Source: Bugula neritina
Taxonomy: Eukaryota; Animalia; Bryozoa
Length of the DNA stretch: 64,000 nt
Direction of reading: 5' to 3'
NCBI GenBank assembly: GCA_964035545.1
Contig: OZ037768.1
Location: forward strand, 6,790,741-6,854,740
The position numbers and the translations under genes were made by a program. Below, piece by piece: positions 40,214-53,600 of this stretch (positions within the stretch are counted from its first letter, which is position 1; the number at the start of each line of letters is the position of its first letter). Under the pieces are notes generated by a model that saw only the letters and a program-made list of their open reading frames with translations, made no database searches and was not told where the DNA came from.

Positions 40214-40990
40214 TATAAGATTCATGATACGACTAATATAATAGACTATTTAATGCTTTAATAAAAATAGTGTTGTAACTTGCCTATACTTTATGTTTCT
40301 CTACAAAATGCTAGATTTTGCTTAGCCCCTATTTTTGGTTATTAATTTAGCACTTAATTTGAGATCTAGCTGCTCATATTTTTGTGTTTGCATGATCTAC
40401 TCTTTATGCTGCAATTATTTGCTAAAATCTCGACCTCAAAATATTTTCTTGCTATTTTTGAGATCAATTTGAGGCAAATTGGTTGTGGAAACAAAAGTAT
40501 GTCAAATGTTAAAATGCAGTATCTGGGTCTAGGTTGATAGATTTTATGCTCAATAAAAGGTGTCTTCTCCTATTATTGGTAAAGCCGAATTTCTTCTGTT
40601 TCTAGGTGCTGCTGGAGCTACTGTTTGCCAAAGGCCCTACTCATCTTGATGAAGATGGATACTGTGAGAAAATGGTGGGTTTAGAGCCTTTACAAAAATA
40701 TTAATGAGTGTTTTTCTAAGAGTAAATCTATTCACGAGTTTGTATCTAAAGTCATATTATTCTGGTTGCTTTGGAATCTACTGTAGATTGAATATGTTTC
40801 CAATGAAGAATGTGAGAAAGATCCACTTACCCTGTTGGATCCACTTTGTGATTGGAATCAACATATTGCTCAACAGCTTCTGGAGCTTGTAAAGCGTTGC
40901 GCATTAAGACGAAAAGATCGTCTTAGCATATGTGGGAGTGAGCACAGTGTGTTAGAAACGTTGCTACGAATCCAAGCACAGATGAACTGA
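37601..40990 (+). CDS. IRAK4: IRAK4/Tube-like death-domain Ser/Thr kinase, 8 exons
   Basis: N-terminal death domain ([26 protein letters not shown]). Kinase motifs [13 protein letters not shown], Tyr gatekeeper IYEYM, HRDIKPAN (RD kinase), DYG, YMPPE, DVYSFGV. Exons at about 37601-37982, 38418-38543, 38643-38782, 39175-39392, 39559-39689, 39888-40077, 40606-40674, 40787-40990. Confidence 0.85.
40142..40209. repeat. (TA)n microsatellite
   Basis: Perfect TA run in an IRAK4 intron. Confidence 0.98.
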
Positions 40991-41746
40991 AGATTTTTTC
41001 ATTGATATGTGTGTGAAGAGTTGATATTTGGGTATTTTATTGTATACTTGATGAATGCATTATTTTTAGATTTATTTTACTCGATTTATGTTTACCATAC
41101 CTATTTTTTATCTATTTTCAATTATATAAAATTTATACACTGTAAAATTAAACCTTGTAGTCAGGACTAAGTTGTACAAAACTTTAAATAAATATAGCTA
41201 TTCGTAAACACAAGGTCTTTTTCTTTACACCAACTATTAAAGCACCACATCCTGGTTTTAGCTTTATTAATTTATTTGTATCCTTGTAAATTTGTGTTTT
41301 GATTAACTAAAGTTTTTGTGAATTGTTGTGTGTAATACATACCAGAAATATTCAGTGGTCACTGTTCACTTTCGGCCCACTGCCTATAGTGTTTTACTAT
41401 TTCTAATCCACCATTTTACTGGATAAATGGTTATTAGCAATACTGGAATAAATCATTGGCTTATGTTATTAACGAGTGTAGTTATCCCCCAGGGAAATTT
41501 TGCTTCAATACATTTAACCATTGAACTATAACTATAGTTTTAGTTCAGTGCACTTAACCATCTCTGGCGTTTTAGTTTGTAATTTCGAGTTATCCTCTAT
41601 TGCTACCAGAAATCACTTTTAATAGAAAGCAGTGAAATGGAATAATTATTCATTTCAATGACCAAAAGTCTAAATAACTTTGCATAGTTTGTGACGGTCA
41701 ATTGATGACCGGACACAAAAATAATACAGAATTCAGCTACATACAA

Positions 41747-41783
41747 TGATCATGTGATCAGGTAGATTGTTTTTTCATGTGAC
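41747..41783 (+). promoter_or_regulatory. Two CLEAR/M-box-like E-boxes (TCATGTGA) upstream of GLMP
   Basis: TGATCATGTGATCA at 41747-41760 and TCATGTGAC at 41775-41783, 35-70 bp before the ATG of a lysosomal gene. Confidence 0.7.
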
Positions 41784-41816
41784 CCAGTCGTAGTGTAGGA
41801 TTGGAAGTGAATAAAT

Positions 41817-44800
41817 ATGAAGTTGAACTCCATGGCTCGACAGATTTTCCCAGATTCCAGTTTCTGGTTGAAAATTGTCGTAGGTTTGTTAGCCATAAGC
41901 CAGACAACTGCTAGTGGTCTCACAGAGTTTGAAAGAACATATGAAAGAACGGTAATACTAATTTATTTCATTATTTTTTTCATTTTGAATTTGTTATGCT
42001 TATACTTATAGTTATAGTTATACTTATAGTTATACTTATACTAAACTGTTATACTAATAGTAATACTTATTAGTTATTCATATTGATTTTGAAATTGAAG
42101 TTCATGAGTTTATTTCGTTTTCTCATTCTGTGCCTCTTCAGTATGCTTATCATTATTATTATGGAAAATTCTTGGCGGTATCAGCCTATCAAGCACTTGA
42201 TGTATGATGCTCTAAAAGATGCTAAGCTATTGGCTTATACAAGTCTATGTAGGCCTATAATCGATTATGCGAATGTGGTTTGGGATCCTGCGGCTAAAAG
42301 TAAGGTGCATGATATAGAGCTGGTCCAGAACAGCGCCATACGGTTCATAAGCAATACAAAGGGACGCGCTGACAGTGTATCTGAGGCGAGAGATGAGTTA
42401 GGACTCCGGTCGCTGAAAGACAGACAAAAAAATCATTGACTGTGCTTACTGACCTAAATTCTTTAAAATGAGGATCGACACCGATCTCTATCCAGAGCCT
42501 ATGACGAGATTATTGAAGACAGGGAGCTTGTAACTGTAACCACTCGAGCGGCTGCCAGAGGAGAGCTTGTCTCTATATCATCTAGGAAAAACATATTCCA
42601 CACTGGTTTTCTGCCACGAACAATTCGTGAAATGCGCGAAGAATATAATAACTAATCACAAAACGGCAAGTGCTGTAACAAGTGCTAACCCTGGTCTAAT
42701 GTAAGCTGTAACTAGAGGCTTCCCTGTAGACTCTCCAGTTGCTGCGGAAGTCCTACCTCAACTGAGGTAATAATAAACTGAGGTAATAATGGGTGTAACT
42801 AACGTAATTAATGAAGATTAACATATTCATATTCACTATCATATTGTTGTAGTTTTTGGTGTCACTACAATTGTGGATAATGTGTGTGCGTGCATGTGTG
42901 TGTTGCAATGCTAGAACATAACTCTTTGCATGCGTATTTGAAAGAGAGAGAACAGTACTTGCGATTGTAGAAGACCGATTATATTTGTAACACTAATTAA
43001 CAAGTGAAATTACATCGAGGCAAAAGTAACTAATAACGGTAGAGATTGCACATCAGTACATGGGTTATCACAATGGTAAATTCAGTAGCCCGGTGTGCTT
43101 GGGCGCGAGGAAGGTCTTCCTTATTAAGGCAAGCTGGGCTCTGATTGGTTCATAGCTTCCGGCGGTGGGGGTCGCGAGGGGCCGTTGCGGCACCTTGCAT
43201 GGCTGTCCATGGAGAGTGCAGCCTAAAGGAATGCCATAATACAGTTTGATTGTAATACAATTGTCCTGATGCATGGACATGGTTCCAAGCGTGACCTGTG
43301 GAAGGGGGGTAACACAGCATGCCCCACGGCCATCACAATATTAATCGTACTTCTTTTAACTTTAAGTTTGGAACTAATAATACTATTTTGCTTATAGTTA
43401 TATTTTAAAATCTGAGTTTCAAATTTTAGTTCGAGTTGTTGTACAGTCTTGAAATTTTTTGTGTTTAATTATAGTACTATCATTTGCGTTATAATTATTT
43501 TATGGGCATCATTATTATTTACTGAGGTCGCATAAATTATAATATAAATTAGTATAAATATTATTGCATGATGATGATAGTTAATCAAAATAAAATTCCA
43601 GATACAACTTGGAGTTTGTATGCTGGTGAGTATTGAATATATAGCAATTATATTTTATTTGTTTATATTGGGCTTTTATCATCAATTATTATATTCCTAG
43701 TCTATTTGATTATTATTTCAGAGCAAAGAAAGCAGAATTTACACCGGAGCATAAGTCTAAAATTAGTGAACTAGTGCAATTTTAGTGAATTAGTGCAATA
43801 CTATCTTCATATATTTAGCTATATATGCATGTATGAAAACTTTGGCCTATTTGTGACTAATTAAAAGTTTTGCTATTTTATTTGCAGTTAAGCACCTTAG
43901 CAGAAAATCCAGATTGTGAGGAATTGTGGTGTACTAACTCAACTTTTACTGGAGGAGCTCTTACACATATTGTTGGCACCGGGCCAAAAGATGAACTCCA
44001 TCATTTACTTTCGACTGTTGGAGCACCCACTTTGTTGATTTCGAGAACAAAGCTTGGTGCCAAGCTGTCTGTAAATTATACTAACTATGGCAACATCTCC
44101 TCTGTCAGCTATCCTGAAGATATGGTTGAGCACAGTTTAGGCTTAATATTTTCCAGTGTAAGTAATTTTGTTTTTGCTTTTCAAACTGGGGCCATAAAAT
44201 GATATCGAGTTTTTATATCTGTGACAACTCTCAATGTATGTTACAGATTTATGAGTTTGATGACTACAAAGATAAAGCAGATTTAAGTTCATATGACAAT
44301 TCTTATGTTTTTCGTCATGACCTGACTAATCTGCAGTGGACTCTAACCAGGATGAACACTGATGATAGTTCATCGCAATCGGTTATGGTAAATGCTACGT
44401 CTTCAGGAAACGATACACTTTTGTCTGGAGATGGTCACTTGAGTTTCATTGTGAGTTCATTTTTGATGAGTCCATACAATACTAACTATTTTTAGTTTTA
44501 TTGAAGTTATAACAGAATATACCAATGGAGTCTTCTCTCGAATATCAAGTATCCGAATTATAGTTAGACCTACCTAACCAGTAACCATAATACCAAATTA
44601 CACTAAATATAATAGAGAATAAGGTTCTTAATGTAATTACAAGCATATTTTTCAGATAAGGTATGATGGAAAAGATGGCCGAATAGACTCAGTACCTCAC
44701 ATGGAGCACACTGCTAACTCTTCAGTCATAACGATTATTATGTCGAAATTTAGAACTCGTTTTGAACATTCCAGGTCAGTTACCAGGCTATTGCCACCAC

Positions 44801-46589
44801 TGTTCTATTTTTTATTCATTTTGTTACTCTATTTTTACAATCAGTTGAACATTTATTTCATTTTACAGTGGTGCTGTAAACATGTATAGTGCGAACCACT
44901 TGATTGTGTAATGTTCCTTCATTTTTTTATGTTGGTATTTTGCATTCACCAGCTTAAATCTTTAATTTATTTTAATATATAATTGCATTTAGCAAAAGAA
45001 AATAGTGATTATATTCTATTGAACTTTTATGTTGTAGCAACATTTTATTACTTTGGTATTTAATGTAACATGAGTTTTGGTATGTTTGATTTTAAGTGTT
45101 TTTAATGCCATGAAAAACATTTACAACATTATAAAAATTAGGGGTTCTTTGTAAAATCAGAGGTGCTGTCAAGTTAATGCTCTATAAATATGTATGAACA
45201 GATTTGCGATAGAGCTAGTGATGTTTAGTACAGATGAAAAAGGACTCAAACAGGATGCTACACAAGTGCACACCTCCAACTCTCTAGATGATGAATATTC
45301 ACCAGGTGTCTTCCAGGTAGTAACTTCACATTGTCTTATTTTAAGAATCTGAACATAAATTTAATATGTTTTGTGGTTTGTTTTTGATATATTATATAAT
45401 GGAATCTTGCACTAAGTTGTGACATAGTCTCTGGTTTCAAATCCTAATTCTCTGGTGATTGAATGAAACAACACCCTGAAGATAGTTTTAAATGTTTTTT
45501 TTTTGTATTTCATTGGTCAGCAGTTTGTGTTCTGTAAAGAGATTTCCATCTACAGAAAGCTGCCATGTCCAGTCCGCTAGTTGTGTAGATATAATGTATT
45601 TGCTTTGTATTAATTTTGAGTTTCAATAAAGACAGAAATTGATGATTTCATTCAGCAAAATTTTGAATATATCAGCTTAATGAAAAATATTTCAATTTTT
45701 AGATGACAAACTGGCTGCCCGACGAAAACAAGAAGAGAGAGGATGCGTGGGGCTATGCTCAGTGGAAACCAGCTATGTACACTGCCCTAGAAAGGAAGAA
45801 TGCTGATCTTAGTCATGCCACATCCTACCCAAACCTTCCGGAAGATAAACAAGACACACTCAACAACATTGTGCCTAGTAGAACTCTCTTCCGCTCATAT
45901 TTTGGTGGCCAGTTTGATCAGGTAGGTGATAGTTCTATTAACCATTAAACGAATAAAAGAATTGTGTGCATGAAATTGGTTGACTTGCATTTATAATAAT
46001 ATTTAGGTTATCTATTATTTGTTTTATAGTTTTATTATGTAATAGTTTTTCTTGTTATGTACTGCACTATGTGGTAATGCAGTTTTTAAATGTAAGTATT
46101 TTTCATAATATCCTCACAAAAGTGGTGATTTTATTTCAGGTTTCAATGAATGCAACCAACGTATCTTTTGGAGTTGTCAAAGATAAATTTTACAATCATA
46201 CAAATTATCATATTTGGTAAGTATGGACTTTTATTTACATAGTTAAATTTGCATTTGGCCAAACTCTATGGTACTATTTGATGTGGAATAAAAGTCAATG
46301 AAGAGCAAAAAGTTTTGGTGCTGGTAGTTATGCTCCCTTGGTGTGAATATTGCATATAATACAATTAACAAAATATACAATAAATCTTGATGTTTTATTC
46401 AGGACAATGGCTGTTGGAATGGGCCCACCTCCAGAAGATGGTGTTTCTACAACAGTTATACTCGTAATATCGGTAGGTTTGGGTATCCCACTCGTACTCA
46501 TGATCTTTAGCTCTGTATTTGTATGTGTGAAGGCTATCAAAAGAAGAAGAGCTATGAGCGAATCTGAATACACTGCTATTAACACTTAA
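41817..46589 (+). CDS. GLMP: Glycosylated lysosomal membrane protein (NCU-G1 family), type I membrane protein
   Basis: Signal peptide and many N-x-S/T sites. Motifs PHMEHTANSS, RFAIEL, SLDDEYSPGVF and YAQWKP; C-terminal TM; YxxPhi tail SEYTAINT. Exons at about 41817-41951, 43888-44157, 44227-44450, 44656-44774, 45202-45316, 45703-45921, 46140-46216, 46403-46589. Confidence 0.93.
42170..42790 (+). mobile_element. 5'-truncated, degenerate non-LTR retrotransposon (CR1/L2-group-like RT C-terminus plus 3' UTR) in GLMP intron 1
   Basis: KLLAYTSLCRPIIDYANVVWDP...IELVQNSAIRF...FLPRTIREM with in-frame stops after 42436; ends in the short duplicated tail AACTGAGGTAAATAATA AACTGAGGTAATAAT. Confidence 0.85.
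42845..43337 (-). mobile_element. Solo LTR (Ty3/Gypsy-like) in GLMP intron 1
   Basis: TGT...ACA termini; identical 4-bp flanks ATAT (42841-42844 and 43338-43341); 493 bp; GC-rich half carries CCAAT and TATA-like boxes on the - strand. Confidence 0.7.
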
Positions 46590-47639
46590 TGAACTTCTTG
46601 CGCACTTTGCTTGATGTTCTGCATTGTAAATGAACTTCTATCAACTGCGTGTAATGGCGTATGTAATGCTACACCATGAGATCAGTTCATCCTAAATATT
46701 TGGAAATAACAAACAAGTGTTCCATATAATAACTATTTTTAACATTTCTTGAACTTTGATTAGCCAATAATGGTATGATTTATTTTTTGTATGCTGATTT
46801 TTTATACACTACATTCTTTTTATACACAATGCCATCTGTATACTTTGTATGTAAACTTTATTGTAATAATAATTTGTACTGTATATCATAATTGTTACGG
46901 CAAACAGAATAATTATAGTAATTGAAAAAACAGCAGTATAACCACCAACAATTAGCTGGATACAACAGTAAAGTATATGCAGTGCATGTGTGAAGATTGT
47001 GTTCTATTTCATTGCATGCACTTGTTTATATAATTATTATAAAAATAAATATAAATATGATATACACATACACAAATATAGCATCTTCAATTAGCATTTT
47101 TGGTAAAACAAACAGCAGTGACAATACAAAAAATTAGCCAATTTATGTAGTTACCCATTAATATAGGGTAAGTTAAAAATATATAATGTTTTTTGTAAAT
47201 AAAAAAATATAATAAAACCCACCAATAAATTATAGAATAATTCATGAGTCCAATCTGCAAGCATAATAATGAGTAATTTCATGATTAATTATGTTTTACC
47301 ATTACTTGTTTGTTAAACCAAATCACAGTATATATGCACATGATGATAAAATCACTTAGAGCATGTTTTTGTTTTTTTTTTCTTACAAAAATAATTAATA
47401 TACAATCAAGTCTTTCACATATACATTTTGAATTGAAAAGCAGCATAAGACATGTTCTGTTCCACTGTAAGAATAAAATGTTTATCACTTGACAGGAAGA
47501 CGAGTGTTGTCTCCTCTTCATAATAATTATTCTTCCATCTTCTCGCACAGCAAAACACAATAACACAATAATATAAAGCTCTCTCCAGTTGGTATTCTTT
47601 AACTTACAAAAATAAAGTGGATTATCAGCAGCAGGTTGC

Positions 47640-50600
47640 TTAGACAGCAGTACCAGTGACCTCACCAGGGGCGACAGCGCTCACATGTGATGAGTGAGAC
47701 AATCTTCTTATTTGACTCCCTCCAGATATTACCAGATGCTGCAAATAAGGAAACTATTATAGCTTATGATGTTTAGTTTATTATATCCTGTTAGATCTTC
47801 AGACCTTAGGGCTGACAGATAACTTTGGCAGATGCCGCAAAGTAAATTAGTGTTTTGCCTATGCAGGTAAGGAAGGATAAATTAGGACACTCAATATATT
47901 ATGTGTTTATCTTGGCTATAAAACAAAAATGCACTAAATCTAGCGAGTTGTCCGCAGTCATTCATGAGATGTATAAAATATCTAAATCTAGGATGTCTCA
48001 ATAGAGGTGGCAAATCAAAATAAGCAAAAAATTCTGTGTTAGCTGAAACACAATTTGCATGCCAATAAAATATTTTAAACAACACAGCCACAATAATGTG
48101 TATATTTTCTAAAATCTAAAAGAAATGATGACAGGAAATAGTAAGAATACTACAAAATATCACAGGCAGCTAAGCAGTGTAGTGAATAATACAACATTGA
48201 GATAAATATTTCTACAATGTCTATAAATAATACGCTGCTAATTCAACACATGTGCTTCTAATCATTTTTCATTCTATGTTTTGTAGCCTGTCGACTAAAA
48301 GGGTTCAAAAATAGTGTGAGTGACCTGCAACACATATTTCTCTTACTTGAGGTATCTCAGCTCTAGAGGCTGTTGCAGCGTATCATCCAATTGAGTAAGA
48401 CGAGTATTCCCCGAACATGAATGTCTATACAACATAGTTTTTCAACATCAACAAGCTTAGCACGTAATTCAATTTTATCTCAATATCATATATATATATT
48501 TTTATGTTTATGTTTTTTAAAAATGTTTCATCTGAAGACATTTCACCAGTAGAACCAATAAAATTCGCTTTTTTGTTTGTAATTCAGGATCAAAAACAAT
48601 TTAAATTAAAAGCTGAAAGGCTGACAACTCCAACACACTGTTGAATGACCTAGTCACTACTACTACAACAACACCCAACTAACAAGTATTTTCACCTGAG
48701 AGCAAACTATCAACATAACAACAAAAAGATCCATAAATCGACTACCACCATGTGACTTGATAAACACGAGACAAATTTGCATAACATTGGGAACACATAA
48801 CATGTTTCGAGGAAAATACTCAACTTCTGTGAAGTTCAAAAGTATACAAGTATGAAAGCAGTAAATACGTGACGTTGCTCTATTGCTTTTATAGTGCTAA
48901 CACCTTGAGTAAAGCAATACAAAATACATTATCCAATGCATTATTAATTGTGTATACCTAGAACAGGCTAGAAAAGTGTAAAATTACTGCCCCACTGGGA
49001 ATCAAACCGCAGACCTGCAAGCTAGCGGTGCTAACCATTGCACTATAAGGGCTACTGAAGAATCTCAACACTAAAAATGACAGGCAAGAAGTTATTTGTA
49101 GAACTTCTATCTTACCTCTGACTGAGTAACGCATACGGAGGAAGCTCGAGATGACCGATATCTGAATGTTTCAGACTGCCATTGCTTCCAGTGCTTCACC
49201 AAGGCAGATCTCACTTCTCCATTTAAAAAGCAAAACAGTACAGAAACCAATATTCCCTGAAAAGTAGGCAAAACATTAAATTTTTGCAGACTTTATAACT
49301 GTATATCGTTATTTGCATTCAATGTAAGTTATTTAGCTTTAGTTCTTGAAATCTACTACTCTGTAGTTGTAAATGTAGTTTTAGGTGCATGGGGTAAACA
49401 CTCTTGGACTAACCTGGGCCACTTGAAAGCATGCTGTTATGATTCGGTAAGCTTCGTGTGCATTCGGTGTCGTCTCCAAATCAGGAGCCCATATGAAGAG
49501 AATGCTTGTGATACTCAGCAGGGGCAAAAGAACTATAGTGGCCTTCATTGCTTTTCTATAAACATAGTCACAGGAGCTGGTAAAGCCTACAGAACTTAAA
49601 TCTATGCTCCTGGCAACGTAATAATACAAAACATTAAGTTAGTGAATTACATCTTATATTGTTTAAATTGTTGCTAATAGTAATCTATGGTAGGCTAGAT
49701 CTGTCAATCATATCTTATTACAAAGTTTTGTAAATTGTTTCTCCAACGTTAACACTACTTTGTTATATGCTGTAATTGAATCTGATATTATATGTTTAAG
49801 TTAATAAGATATAAATCTAAATTTGTTAACTCAATGATTCAGTCAATATGACTACTTTTTGAACTTGGTGATGAAATGCCTGTTAGTTTCAACTTTAAAG
49901 CATACCTTCAGAAAAAAGTTTTCTACAGCAGCTCCTTTATGGAAGTAAAAATAGACTGATAAAGTCTTAACATAACATTTAGCTTGGCATTCCAATTAGC
50001 AACAGCATTGCAATAACAAAGAGAAAATAGCTGATAAACACACTCTCACTAAAATCAGTAGGGGTCTACACCCAGCACATTTAAGTGAGGTACATATAGA
50101 TACAGGTGTATATGCATGTATGTATTTACTAAATAAGACGAGCTGCTTTCAATAAGGAGTATAGGCTAAATTCAAAACATGGGAACATAATTTGATGACA
50201 AAGTTTTTTTGTCAGGGGGCAGCAATATCTAAGATTTATCAACTGAGAATATTAACATTTTAGACAGAGCAACTAGCGCTACAAACTCTCTCCACCCTTC
50301 TAGACAGGTCACATTGTTAGCAGCCAAACATTCACAAGTTATGCAAAAGTTTTTACCCAACTGATGCAGGCCTCAGCAATTTAATTTTCATTGCTTTCTT
50401 TCTGTGAAAAAAATTACGACTTTAGGAAAGAAGCTTTATGCGTTTATGAACAGCTGTACTATCTACTACTCACTTCAATTATCATCTAATTATAAACAAT
50501 AAGGTACTATTATGTACTTTTGGTATTTACTGATTTCTAAATAAGGCCGTAATCTATATAGAATTACTGTATAGAGGAATTGCTGTGAGAAACAATGTCA

Positions 50601-53600
50601 TTATTTCTCCATCTCATTGTGGAAAATAGTGGGTGGGAAAAACTGGGGCAGCAATTAGACTAATATAATACCCTAGTAAGTAGGCATAATAATGTTAGCC
50701 AGTTCATTTCATATTCACTTAAGGTTGTAAATACTAATAGCTCTTCAAATATGCCACATACTTCCATATAGTATATGATAACACAATACAAGTGCTCTGA
50801 AAAATGGCATACGAGGTCTCCTTGTAACTATTAACAAAATTAAATTAGTGACAAGATTCCATGAAGTTAGAAAGTTAGTAATATAATGCACATGCCCATT
50901 GCTATACATGATACAGGATGTAAGGCACACAGTGCTGATAAGAACATGGGGAGACAAATACCTGACTTGTACGTGTTCATCTGTAGTGACAGCGTAGAGT
51001 TTCGTTACAAGTATCCTTATTATGCAAATCAAAAATATTAGATTAGCCTGTAACAAAAAAGTAGCAAATTAGGCTACATCCATTATATCATCGTAACTTT
51101 CCTAGACATGAGGTAATTAGTTATGCAACGATGATAATTATGTTCTAAGTTGGCATTTTCAGCAACTCATCCTGATATCTGCTAAAAGTAATTAGACTGA
51201 TACTTTTGAGTTCAGATAAATGTGGTTTTAAATGGCAAAACATTTCAATCACTAGAAATACTCTGATATTTTCTTTTCATGAAAATGTTACAAATAACAC
51301 TCAACTAATAGTTTATGACGCAGATGCATGCTTGCAGTCAATTTTAATATTACTCACTGCATCTACACCACGCACTACATACCACACACCACATACACAC
51401 ACCACACTCTACACACCACACATTACACACCCAAACACACTTGAATGATTAGATTTGTGCTCTTGTTATAATAAATGTTATTAGGAAAAAATATATTGTT
51501 TTTACATGTATAAAAATAAAGTATATAAACGTATAAGCTAGCTATTTTCTCAAATTATGTATTGTTGTAAGCCAGTTGTATTTACATGGATGAATACATA
51601 ATATACTATTTGAGTGTTAGTGCTGATAATTATTAATAGCTATATACATGCATGTATAATATTACGGTGAGGGTATATGACAGTTGAAGATTTGCAGGAA
51701 TGCACAATTACCCTTTATTTACACTTATAATTGGTACGTTAAAACATAGCGCTGGTGCACTACGTAACGTAATAAAACGTTAATGATATTTATTCTCGTA
51801 CAGTTTGTATATATAAGAACTTGTTTGGCATCTATAAACTATAGCATATAACGAGAGTTTAAGTGGACATAACGAACATTCTAGAATGTTCTGACATTTA
51901 GCCTGGCGAGAGATATGCACATATTAATAGCCTAAGAACCATAACTTTTGCAGCTCTCTCAATGTTTACTTCAATACGTGATTTTGAAATAAGTACGGCA
52001 AGCAATGTTTTTTATGTTCACCAGTTCGTATGATCTTATTTTCAACTCTCAAAGATTAACGTCAAGAATGTTGAATCTTAGATAATTGGCGTACTAATTG
52101 CATTACAACCTTCACATCTACTGCTCATGCAGCCTGGTCACACAAGATTAAGAAGTTCGCAATCTTTCACAGTCCCATGCTAATGCTATTTATCGATTAT
52201 CAGAACTGCAATAGATGGAGTGATATAAAATAATTTGCTATGTTAATGGAACACCCCACAGTCGACACTTTTGCATTTTAGGTTTCGGGTTGTGACAATC
52301 TAAGTGATTAAACACCAAACTTAAATCCTTATATTTTTATTGAAAAATATCGAATATTATTTTTAGCAGACATAACAATAACAGAAACACATTATTTTGA
52401 TTAATACTTTACTTACAGCAACAGTGACTAAAGCAGGCACTTGTAAAATGGTGAAGTAAGGTGTGTCGGTTGGATCTCTCCAGCATTGCTGATCATTCTG
52501 GTAAGCATTCATACAGAGAGCCCATGCTAACGTGAAGACTGCAGGTAGCCCTAAAGTGACAAATGCACGAATATGATTCGTCTATTGCTATGCTTCAGAG
52601 ATAATACAAATGCAAAGAGTCTACAACAACATTTTACCAAATCTTGCCTGCACGTTTACAAAAAGCAGGCCATGTCTGTACATTTACATTTTTAAGAACC
52701 GAAATGACAATAGGCCATGATTATACTAAATCCCTGAATTTTCACAAAAAGCTAAACTCAAAAAAGTAAATGAAAATAGATTTAAGTTTTTTCTAGACAG
52801 CAGCTTAGAGAACATGCGAGACTTACCCCAGCCAATCAGGTGAAAGAGCGCATAAGGTGTCTTGTTGCTGAACACAGCTATAGAAATCCTGCTCATTAAA
52901 AACAGTCCTTCAACAAATGCCCAGAAAATGTTCGTCATGGAGAAGTAGTAACTCAAAGTGAACAAAGATTTACACAGCCAGTCCTAGAAAGTTAATATAA
53001 CACATACTTTTGTTCAGGTACGACTAAAAGCTGATAATACCAATCACCTTTACTAGAGCATTTAAATTTTTGCATTTAATTGTTTCTTGATCAACTACAA
53101 CATGCATATAATATGTTCCAAATATATACGTGTACATTAGCGAGCATTATTTAAAAAACCTTCAACAGCAAACCATATTCACTGGCAAAATCTATAGACA
53201 ATTTTGTAACACAACAATAATTTTATTCTACAACATTTTACTAATTTAAATAACCTGGTCATATATTACTGTGGCTCAGTTTAATTTTAAAAATTTCAGT
53301 TCTGCCGATAAGCCTTTGTCCGAGACCGTCATAGCGTAGGAGTCTGAATTAGGGCTTGCATAGTATGTACGTGAGCAGTATGGTTGAATGAATAAACCTG
53401 AGACTTACCAACTCGATGTACGTCACTCGATTCGCATACGCAGCTCTTTCAGCTGAGTAGTTATGTGTCCCTAGTTTGACGTAGGGCTCAAATATGATTA
53501 TATTTATTATGCACTGTAGCATGAGTGACAGCACTAAATTCTTGTGTATGTGCACTCTGGGGCACTGCAGGTTTCTACAATATTGTAAACATTTATTTCA

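Noticed and set aside
43602-43625. 24-nt in-frame microexon candidate in GLMP intron 1 (IQLGVCML, |gtgagt)
   Set aside because: Poor polypyrimidine tract, and exons 1 and 2 already join into a family-like sequence; unsupported without RNA data
48383-48385. Selenocysteine or readthrough TGA in the candidate GPCR exon
   Set aside because: Context TGA-TAC is not the leaky TGA-C type, no SECIS was recognised, and exon skipping gives a clean model
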